Positions 15,001 through 24,081 of a stretch of 64,000 nucleotides of DNA are shown one piece after another (position 1 is the first letter of the stretch; each line of letters starts with the position of its first letter). The DNA comes from Ascidiella aspersa. Lineage: Eukaryota. The position numbers and the translations under genes were made by a program. The DNA is taken from the NCBI GenBank assembly GCA_963924565.1, contig OZ004608.1, positions 35,898,001 to 35,962,000 on the forward strand, in the 5' to 3' direction. The notes beneath the pieces were generated by a model, which was given only the letters and a program-made list of their open reading frames with translations, did no database searches and was not told the DNA's origin.

Positions 15001-16379
15001 ATAATACAAAAACAATTTATACAAAAATCTTCCGTTAAATTTAAATACACATGTGCAATATGAACGAGGATGCTTTGAAGGACCTTTTAGCACAAACTAA
15101 CAACTAAGATTGTAAACAGAAATTAGATCACTTGTTACCTCCAGCTAATATAAATTCTCCATCCTTCTTCCATTGATATTTAGCATTGGTCAAGTTTGCC
15201 TTACATCTTAATGTGACGTCATCAACCACAGCCTCCTCCAAGTCAACAACAGTGACGTGCTTTGGCTCCAGAATGAAGATGTTGGCTGAAACTATAATAA
15301 ATACATTAAATGTTTTTGTAGCTATGGCAATACAATATTGGGAAAGAAGCAAGTAGTTATGGAGTCAACTGTGTTCCGCCTCATATACTCTAAATGACCT
15401 TCTTAACCGTATAACCTTGTCCACGTGACGACAAATTTAAACCGCAAGTTATGACGTCATTGTGTGCAACATTATTTCAAGTCAAAGTCGATTAAAATGC
15501 ACACAAATCGTTTACAAAATACAAAAAAAAAAAAACATTTTGAAACTGTCATTCAGTTGAAATTTTGTCAAAAAAATATAGTTTAGAGTTGTATTCCATG
15601 ACATTTCAATTGTATTTTGTCTTCGTTGGAGCAATAAACGGTATAGACGAGCTTGTAGAATTAGCCACCCTGGCCTAGTTTATCGCGTTATGGGTTGAAC
15701 TCGAACTTCGCTGTTGCTTTATTATTTATCTCCGATTTGGACTGATGTATTGAACAGTATTTGCAGTATTTTTTCGTCTGTGATTTGCAATTATCCCATT
15801 TCCTGTTTCGATCAGTAGGTCGTTGTTAATATTCTAAAACTATTTTACATTGTATAGCAACTGTTTACACAAAATTCTTCGAAAATACCCAGCGTCTTGT
15901 TTGTTTGTCTATTTCAAATAACAAAAAACAACAACTATAAGCATTATTATGGGCTTTGCATAAATTAGAAAAAATAACTAAAACGTGTGGTTGACGACGC
16001 GAAGACACTAATGCAGTACTTTAAACAACAATATGTTGTTCAAATCAATGTTTTTCTAAAAGGTTAAATTTTTGTCAAAAAAATATATTTTTAGGTAAAA
16101 ATTTTTTTCAAGTCAAAATTTCTCATTTTTAAGGTAAAAAAATAATCGTCCTATTATATCATACTACTTCGTTAAAGCTTTTAGCACAAATTTTAGTAAA
16201 ATTGTTTTTGGTCAAATAATGGTATTATGTTGCGGATGTTTAATAAATTTATATTATTTCTATTTGTTTAAACTGACTAGTTATTTCTAAAAAAATAAAA
16301 AAGCAGGCAATTATTTATAACATTCCAGTAAATAGATTATAATACCTGATGCAAAACTGAGAAGAAATACAAGAAACAT
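94..16379 (-). CDS. Copy A: multi-exon contactin/L1-like Ig-superfamily transmembrane protein (SP-10xIg-2xFN3-TM-cytoplasmic tail); 3' end truncated by window edge
   Basis: Hand-spliced exons with consistent phases and no stops: 16346-16379 (MFLVFLLSFAS), 15139-15291, 14858-14998, 14480-14575, 14180-14407, 14010-14106, 13705-13883, 10579-10860, 10352-10492, 9397-9531, 8825-8920, 8469-8696, 8299-8395, 7840-8018, 7195-7476 (GC donor), 7061-7115, 6512-6601, 6118-6254, 5792-5970, 5356-5452, 4768-5049, 3413-3480, 3148-3291, 2555-2666, 1301-1408 (TM), 639-974, 94-282. Ig I-set motifs (W.K.G, D.G.Y.C). Contactin-like segments: FKGKTRSRV..NQGIGVKLTC, YVSQTDGALY, LECFASGNPTP.I.WRKVNG, CNETHDERL, NLLPYIEY.YRV.SIN. 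Confidence 0.88.
1301..1408 (-). CDS. Copy A transmembrane exon (IPWFILPIILLLIVSVGLVMCFV-RKH)
   Basis: Phase 1-1 exon of 108 nt with AG/GTAAG boundaries. ~23 hydrophobic residues followed by basic stop-transfer residues. Absent from the ORF track. Confidence 0.85.
2555..7115 (-). CDS. Copy A Ig9, Ig10 and two FN3 domains (9 exons)
   Basis: Ig9: IILNCTVEGYPRPRIYWMKDG...SDEGTYSCTATN. Ig10: LQCNETHDERL..WSW...DQAGAYKC. FN3-1: HLTW..YKVE..NLLPYIEYVYRVYSIN. FN3-2: APSGV...LMTW..YIVKY..TLYQVKVAVGNEFGQS. Confidence 0.85.
3989..4743. mobile_element. hAT-type non-autonomous element in an intron of copy A
   Basis: Ends TAGGGCGATTATTTTT / AAAAATATTCGCCTA. TSD CTGATAAT/CTGATAAG (7/8). A related diverged copy lies at ~15480-16153. 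Confidence 0.75.
6830..7030. mobile_element. ~200 bp palindromic (fold-back) MITE-like element
   Basis: 22-bp terminal IR GCTGGTCTAGAATCCTACCACA/TGTGGTAGGATTCTAGACCAGC plus an inner IR (GGGTGGGTCAAGT/ACTTGACCCACCC). Further copies at ~29830-30030 and, partially, ~53035-53172. Confidence 0.75.
7195..10492 (-). CDS. Copy A Ig5-Ig8 block (internal duplicate of Ig1-Ig4), 7 exons
   Basis: Exon sizes 141/135/96/228/97/179/282 with the same phases as the first block. Paired motifs: YQCLASNNEGTALSN/YQCLATSDEGTALSN, ANFSP/ANFAP, LECFASGN/LECFAGGN, DDVAIYQCVAEN in both. Confidence 0.88.
10579..15291 (-). CDS. Copy A Ig1-Ig4 block (first horseshoe module), 7 exons
   Basis: Exon sizes 153/141/96/228/97/179/282. 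Four Ig domains, each with a canonical Cys pair and Trp. Confidence 0.88.
11073..11456. mobile_element. hAT-type MITE nested inside the end of another hAT-like element
   Basis: TIR-like ends CATAGGCGTAGCCAG / CTGGCTACGCCACTG. Degenerate 8-bp TSD CCCCTGGC/TCCCTGAC. It interrupts CAGGGTTCGGCAACC...ACGCGTGCC starting at 11052. Confidence 0.7.
11747..12225. mobile_element. hAT (Charlie-like) MITE, copy-A specific
   Basis: Perfect 15-bp TIR CAGTGGTTCTCAACC/GGTTGAGAACCACTG and perfect 8-bp TSD TTCTACAT (11739-11746, 12226-12233). Confidence 0.9.
15480..16153. mobile_element. Diverged partial copy of the 3989-4743 element family in intron 1 (copy B equivalent ~36590-37081, internally deleted)
   Basis: Shares blocks such as GTGATTTGCAATTATCCCATTTCC and AAACGTGTG.TTGACGACGC..A.ACACTAATGCAGT, and the right terminus AATAATCGTCCTA. 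Left boundary is approximate. Confidence 0.6.
16346..16379 (-). CDS. Copy A start/signal-peptide exon (MFLVFLLSFAS + VSA from next exon)
   Basis: ATG lies 5 nt after an acceptor with a TACTAAT branch-like sequence. Hydrophobic stretch. Phase-1 donor G|GTATT joins in frame to exon 15139-15291. Copy B equivalent is 37274-37307. Confidence 0.7.
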
Positions 16380-18742
16380 TTCAGCTTGTATGATTAGTAA
16401 AAAACAGATTGCTTTGTTTTTTCTTGGAAACCATACGCCAAAACAATTAGAGGAAAAAATAGGAATTTAGACAATAAAAGAAACAAATAAATGAGTGTTA
16501 ATTTCATGTAAATAGGCGTTAACAGAAACAGATTGTGGGCAATAGTGATAACTTACAATTTAAACGTATCATACAAAAACGTTGAACTGTGATCAATGTT
16601 AATGAAGGAGCCTTTATGGAGGTAATTCTGTTCAGAGTTTCGCTGCGTTTTATCAGACCAAAAATCATTAAATATCCCCAAGGCCGCCTTTAAAGGGCAT
16701 AAACTGACTCTCAAAAAACTGACTCATAAAGGTACGGGTCATTCAACCATATACATGAACTAGCAAGTATTGACAAAAACTAAAGAGATCTAAACCATAC
16801 GGGTGATAACATACTATTTCACAGGAGGGCTGCGTATTACCCTAAGCCTACAAATATTAACACTCTGGGGAAACCAAATATCGCATGATTTGTATACATT
16901 TTGCAAAATATTATATTGATGTATTTGTCAACAAATTAGGCTAAATTGGATTTTCTTCAGATTTTACATCACATCGATTTTGACAATATTTCATGTAATA
17001 ATTATTGAATATTCATGTCAGGAATAGCACTCTTATCAACAAAAAGGTAATTTACAACTTTTGTATCTGAAACCCGTTTAAAACATTTAAGAAATAACTG
17101 TAGTCAATGCTCTTCGAAAGGTTGAAAAAAAAGTTTATAAGTTTATAAAAGATCCTATGATATATTTTTGACTGAGCCCTTTAACCCCACTGCTGCCCCT
17201 TTGCGATTTAGATCTAACGGAACTACAAAGCTACTTCATTTAAATGTTTATGTTTTGGGGATTCAATCGAGGCGATAAAGACTTAACATATGACTCAGTT
17301 CCTGGAATGATTGTTATGGATTGTTTTAAAATAAGTGTGGCCTCGCAAAACAATTTTAGTCCCATGTGATTCATTTACTGGCACTTTTTTTAGGATTTCG
17401 GTTTGTTAATTTCTTGTATTTTATTACAATATAGGCTAAGTAATGTACACAGGCCCTTAGAAAGATTAATTTGTGTATTTTGTTTTAAATGAAAATATGT
17501 GAAATTGAATTCAGTTAGTAATGTGGGATTTTCCGCTTTATGAGAAAATTGTGAATCCCTACAGTGCTTTGACGCGGTACGTAGCGCTATTTCCCATTAT
17601 TTAGCAAATTAAGTAATCAAAGAACTGTCGAGCATCCACCATAATAAATATAAGGGTAGGCCCTTTGCCAATAAACCTTTAAGCAAACTGTTACTTTGCA
17701 TCAATGATGTCTGGTAGTGGCAAATAATGATGGCAATGCGCAAATTCGATTATTGTGTGTTAAGTTCACCTAAAACTGAAAACAACTTAATTTGCAAGGA
17801 ACGTGCAAATTATTTCAAGATTTTGCCACCAAAAAATATTTTATTTGCAGGAAGTTCAAGAAAAGTAGACTTTAATTTGTACCCTTCCCCCAAAAGACGT
17901 CATTACCCTTCTCAACACCGTCCTTCACCACACAATATGGAAAGCCCGAATTAAAAAAAGTCATAAACCTAGACTCGCAACCTACCCCACCCCAACACCT
18001 AATATCGCGTTTTAATATGTCAATTCGATGCCGGTGCCAAATTGAACAGGTCAAACCCAACTCTCCCCGCATTGACCTGTTCGTTAAACTTACTTCCCTC
18101 CTTTGGTACCAACTGACCCCTCCTCTCCTACCAAACTAAATTGTCCTTGCCCCATGTGAAACCAAAACCATAGGTCTGCCCTAACCCCTTCGTAAAATCC
18201 TATGTTTGTTTCTGTTTATTTTTTATTTTTTTTATTATCCCTTTATTGTCTTATCTATCTTGTATTCGTTTTTAAATATTTATTCAAATTAAGGAAAAGT
18301 TACCCTACTGTCATTGCTCGCCTTTTTCCAGCGAGACACCATTTTGTTTTTCGAACCGCCATTTTTTTTTCAGTTTTTACATTGACATTTTGGTTGATAT
18401 GTACAATATATATTAATGCATTTATCTTGCCGTGCCTTCTTCGAGAGCTGCACCAGCCCGAAGAAAATTTTTTTAAATTAAATATGTATATCCTTAGCCG
18501 ATGGGAGCTATGAAAAACATAGAGCAAGTTGTCCAGTAACACAAGTTTGGAAATGAAATTAAGTTTGGACATGAAATTATGCGATTAACAAAAGTTCACT
18601 TGAAGTAAATCTGAGAGTACATTTTGGATTAATGACTCGTAAATTATTTGTTTTGCTTTTCTAGCATACTAATAACGTCATTGCTATCGGATAGGTCGAG
18701 GCAATGCGTTGTATTATAATGTACCGACCCGCCACCCTAAAG

Positions 18743-18805
18743 TTACAGTTGACCTGCTGATGCATACTCCTCTTGGTAGGGGAGTGAAAAGCAGGTCAAC
18801 TGTAA
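18743..18805. repeat. Inverted repeat/hairpin in upstream repeat DNA (degenerate copy ~39725-39775)
   Basis: 16-bp arms TTACAGTTGACCTGCT / AGCAGGTCAACTGTAA with an inner ACTCCT..AGGGGAGT pairing. Probably part of a transposon-derived element. Confidence 0.6.
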
Positions 18806-21557
18806 ATTTCCCAGTTTTTTTAAAATAATTCACCAAATCATATGAGCAAATAAAACGAAATTATACGGACCCATAATCCATTTATCTGTCCATGCCTTTT
18901 TCACCGCTTATATTTATTCGACAACATTCCAAAATAAAAGACCAAAAAGGGGCAATGATGAGCCCAAACCAAAGGGGGGTTTGCAAATTGCCAACCTCAC
19001 CAACCCTGAGGTACTGAGTCCTCACAAAAGTTAAAAAAAAATCACAGAAATGATGCAAAACTGTAATTGTTAGAACTAACCATGACACACCCTAACTCAA
19101 ACGTTCACCCAAACCTTAAATTATAAATCCTGAATAAACCTACCAACGTTGGAGGAAAATTTTTAGCCGTTATATAACACTAACAGGTGTATGCGATCCG
19201 GGAAAATAGCCACTTGCATTTTTTTAGTATGGGATTTTGTTTCTACACAAACGTCATCAAAATTTAATTATTTTTTAAACGGAAATCGTAAGAGTATTAA
19301 GATAGTACGGGTTTTTCCTGTGCTGCTTTGATGACATTTACTTTTTTTGTAAACTCCACTCATCCATGGTTTGATTTGAAAAAAAAAAGTGAAAATCAGC
19401 ATTGTATATGTTTAGTTTGTTATATGCAGTGGTGAAAAAGCTTTTTATGTTACCTCATTCATATTTTCCTACTATTTTCTGGATTAACTTAGATTATTTT
19501 TTAAAATATCGCAAAGTTTAGTTTTGTCTTTAAGCTTGTAAACGTCAGCTTATAGATTTGTTGATGTCAAAGGTTGACATTTGCTAATATTTGAGGTTGG
19601 AAAGTGGTGAATCTTGGTGTGACAAAATATATAAAAGATCTTCGATATTTAACTCTAAAATCAGAGTTTATAAGTTCTGTCAACAGAAACCGGTGAATGA
19701 GATTGGATTTATTGATTGTTGCATTCTTGGTTGGATTTATTTTAGTGCATTCTTTATATATTGCTAAATTGAACCAGTTAAAATAAAATCCAAAAGCGAC
19801 ATTAGCAGTGAATAAGAATGTCGTGAGTTTCAACTTGCATTAAAACGTCATACCTACCCAAGGCACTCGTTAACTATTTGCCCTAGCCTAGGTACACAAG
19901 ATGGATAACGCAAAGCAAACAATCGGATCATATGTGGCTAAGCTAGTAACTCTCCGGACAGCAACGTCAGAATAAAACACAGTTCGGAATAAGACCAAAA
20001 TAGTGGATTAGTAACGTCTAAAGCGGAATAAAGTTCTAAAACCATCGACATAAGACCTAAATGGCCAGAATCAGTCCTAAACAACACTTTAACAAATCTC
20101 ACCCCTAAGTACATCACTAACTCCCCTAATAACCTCAACCCAAACCCGCTTTCTAACCCCACGCATTACCCACCAATAACCTCAAACAGGGCTTATCATA
20201 CAAAGGTGTGTACAATTGCGATTATTAATATTTTGGTAATAATAAAGATATGAAGTCTTTTTTATGTGCTCTGTGAAAGCAATACAAACAAAAGTACTGT
20301 TCACTGTACATTTGCCCATCACTGGAAGGCCTACTACTATACGAGGTAAAGGTTCTCAACCTGGGATAATTTGAGGGATATTTTAAAGTTCCAAAGAAGT
20401 AGATATAAACGTTACGAGAGTTCCAAATTATTATTGAACCCAAAATAAACCTTCAGTAGGAAGAAATAACCTGCGATTTTCGATACGTTCCAAGTGAGTA
20501 TATGTCTATAAATAAGTTAATCGTAACCATGGCACCATTTTACGGCAATAAAAGATAAGCCTACACCTTATGTGGCAAAACATTACTGACCGTAGTTTGT
20601 TTTGAATTCGTTTCATTGGTTTTCTTTTGCGTTCTGGTTAAAACTCACTTGACCATTGAAAGCCAATTGTTGTTTGACCAGACAGTAGATATAAACTCAC
20701 ATCATAGTAACAAGAGCCAAATCACATTCTTTTTATTGATTATGTAGAGGCAAACTGCTGTGCAGTATTTATTAAAGGCAGCAAAGTGGACAGGGCGTTT
20801 AAGTAACTGGATAATTACGCCACAGGCACACACACTATCAAAGTTTTCGTCGCCTCCAACGAAAACCGTTAAACAAAAACTGTTTAGAGGAACCGGAATA
20901 AAAAATGCCATGGTTTTACAAATATTAATAGTGAGAGAATGACGATGTTTTGAAGTGATACCGGTTTACAAAATCACCAAGTTTAGAAAGTGGCACGTAA
21001 AAAGGCGGAGATAGTAACTCTTTCTATTCAAGTGTTAAGTGTTAAAGTATTAATATTCAGGGTGATGTGTTGGTATATCAAAATACACCAATCGTGTATC
21101 AACATTGTGAAAACCATAATAGAATTCGTTACCGTGTACAGGTCTAGTGTACATAATTAGAGTGGATAGAGTAAACTTTTAATATCTAATTTTTTTCAAA
21201 AAGGTAACATGAGCTGTTGACATATTGTCGCAGACTAGTTTGTGACTCGATCCTGCGTGTTGTAAGTGCTCTCAAACATTGTGTTTAACGACAACCCTTT
21301 TGTTGCGCAATTTACTGCACCCAAGCTTAGTTAGGCAAATAAACGGTCGCAAGGTTAACATAGCCGCACCAAGTGCAGCCATATCCATGTCTGCCGTACC
21401 CATCTACACGCCATAGCGTACAATCAACCAGACTTGGACAACTAGATAATTCTAGATAATATGCCTGGTAGCAATAGTTTATATAGGTTATATTATATTG
21501 CAGTCGGTTAAATTATATCAAGGTTGATTCGATTTATGTTGAAATGCATTAGGTCCG

Positions 21558-24081
21558 CTAGGCATTAGAGTCACTGATATGTTTCCCCACATTATTTAGA
21601 TATGAAGGAAGGAAGGGTTGAGAACCAGAAATAATATCGTAAGCGCTGGATTTCTCAAGATTATCGGCTGATATTGTTCTTCCAAACCCGCATGACATAT
21701 CATCAGAAACACCATCAGCTACTTTGGTGATACTCGCATCCAAACTGACTTCCGATGTGCCGCTTGGTGAAGGTGGACAACGATCGCCCGTTGGCGCACT
21801 TGAATTGAGATTCCATACACGACTGGTTTTACCCATTTGAGCTGGTTTAGGCAAATCATGTTGATATTTAGTTGAGCAGTTGATCTCATCTTGAAAGGGG
21901 GTCGTTCCGGTAGGTAGCGAACTTTTACGGAGGGGTTTATCGTTGTCATCTTCATCAGGACGTTTTTCATCTGCGTTTAAATAAAATAACTAAAAAATAA
22001 CTATTAATTTTATTTACGGTGGTTTGAGAAAGTTTATAAAAAAGAAAAAATTTTACGAAACGAAGTTTGATTTTATTTGAACTAAACTATTGCAGCTAAA
22101 ATAAGAACTAAACTTAGCTGTGAACATACTGAGTATTTGTTGGTTTAAAATTTGTATTGGTTACCTGACAAGTAATGTTTTCATAATCATAATGAATATG
22201 TTACAAAGGTTATTAAATATCGAATATTTAGCTTATCTGTACACATGATGTACCTTCTGTGTTCTGTTGCGAGGTTTCATTACAGGAGGGAACTTTGGTC
22301 AACAATGGAACAAGCTCCGGTGGTGATGTTTGGTTTATCTCAACCGTTAGGAGAATTTTACGGGAATTATGATGTTGATATTCAGATGAGAACTGTGTAT
22401 TGTCTTCTAATGTGGTGGCTTCGGTAGGTAAATGAATTATTGACAAGGGTGTATCTTCCTCGGGAGTTTGACATTTGTTTTCATCAAAATGTTCGTTTTC
22501 TGTGCTCAACCAAAATAAGTGGTATTTTTAACTATAAACTACTAATCATGTTTAAGGTAGCTTGAAAGAATAGTTCAGAAGGTAAAGTAAGTTTGTTAAT
22601 ACTAAGTTATTCTTGCATATTTGTTTGTCCAACGTTTTGGCTGACTATTCAAAAAGCATTTATCAGCGATAAATTTATGTAAAGTGAGTTTTATGAAACT
22701 AAGTTATTTATTAGAACTAATATTTAAACGTTTTGGCCTTTGATTGTTGCGAAACTGGAATCTCCATAGAAGTTTTTGCTTATGCACTTTTGGCTGTTTT
22801 CAGTTTTTCATTAACGCACGACAAGGCAGTGTGTGAACAAGTCATTTTAAAATAACTCTAGTCCAAGTCAAGTCGTTTTAAAAAATAACAAGTCAAACAT
22901 TATTTAAGCAAGTCAAGTTATTGACAAAAATAAAACATTAAAGTATTAAAATTCTTAACCTCGTTCGATAATGAGCATTACCTTAACTAAAGGGTTAAAC
23001 TGTTTTACCTGCAAAAATTTAGAAAAAAAAACAATTTTATTAAAAAAAATAAATGAAAACACTTGATTTTATCGCAAGTCATTTACCACAATGCTTAAGT
23101 TCAAGTCAAGTCACTTGTCAGAAAGACTGGAGTCAAGTTAAGTCATTTAAAACGGCGACTTAAAGTGAACTTAAATGACAAGTCATTGACTGAAGTCATT
23201 ACAACACTGCGATAAGGTATCAGCGGCACGATCAGGTTTCCCTGCCCGAACCTTCTTCAACTTCGTAGTTTTGTGAAGGTGCACAATCGTCTGCCGGTGG
23301 CCACGTTTTATAGTCCGGTGGTGGTGTTTGGCCTGCCTCATCGGATGCGGGTAATGTTGCGGCTTCGGTAGGTGAATAAATTACTGGCAGGGTTGTATCT
23401 TTCTCGTGTGTTTGACATTTGTCTTCATCAAAATGTTTCTCTTCTGTGCTCAATCAAAATAAGTGGTATTTTAAAAAATAAACTACCTATCATGTTTAAC
23501 CTTAGTGGAGTAGTTTAGAAGGGGAAAGTAGGTTTTATGAAATTAAGTTCAATTTCGGTTTATTAGAATTAAGATTTATACCTTTATGTGAATCAGCTAA
23601 ATTCATAACTAAACTGTAAACGTCTAATGCATTGACCTATTGAAAAAATGATATCAACCAGTATCACATAAATTCAACGAAGTTATTGTATACGAGTTTA
23701 ACTGTATCGATGTATCCAGCTAATGCAATTAATTCAGCAAGGCGACTATCTGAACACATGATGTACCTTTTGTGTTCTGTCGCGAAGTTGTATTACTGGA
23801 AGGATCTTTGGTCAACAATGTTTGGCCCATCTCGATTGTTGGGAGAATTTGACGAGAATCGTGGTCATATTCAGCTGAGAACTGTGTCATATCTTCTAAT
23901 GTGGTGGTTTCGGTAGGTGAAGGAGTTTTTAGCTGGAGTTTATTTTCTTTGGGTATATATGATGTACCTGTTACTTTTGTGTTCTGTCGCGAGGTTGTAT
24001 TACTAGAAGGATCTTTGGTCGATAATGGACCAAGTTCAATTTTTGATCCTCGTTCTTCATCTTCACATGAAATTCCTCTTT
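21558..24081 (-). CDS. Copy B cytoplasmic tail: four related Ser/Thr/Pro/Glu-rich exons, with PPDY and terminal SAYDII motifs
   Basis: Exons 23767-24081, 23252-23443, 22254-22499 and 21558-21970 all start in phase 1 after CAG. Shared repeats: E..HFDE..CQTPEED, PTE.TTLED.TQFS.EY.H, LLTK.PS.N.TS.QNT. Donors (G|GTACAT, G|GTTCGG) are weak, so exact ends are less sure. Confidence 0.7.

Noticed and set aside
7195-15291. Dscam-like mutually exclusive exon arrays
   Set aside because: Similar exons occur as two ordered 7-exon blocks that splice consecutively in frame, not as adjacent variants of a single exon.
20225-20443. Repeated small ORF (...RPSSDGQMYSEQYFCLYC...), also at 44122 and 50650, as a micro-protein family
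   Set aside because: Frameshifted in one copy, lies within duplicated non-coding DNA, and overlaps a transposon-end-like CAGTGATGGGCAAA. Similarity is explained by recent duplication.
21719-21970. 83 aa ORF MKNVLMK... as a separate gene
   Set aside because: It is an alternative frame of the terminal exon. The real frame enters in phase 1 (G|AT GAA AAA) and continues into the 21558-21854 ORF.
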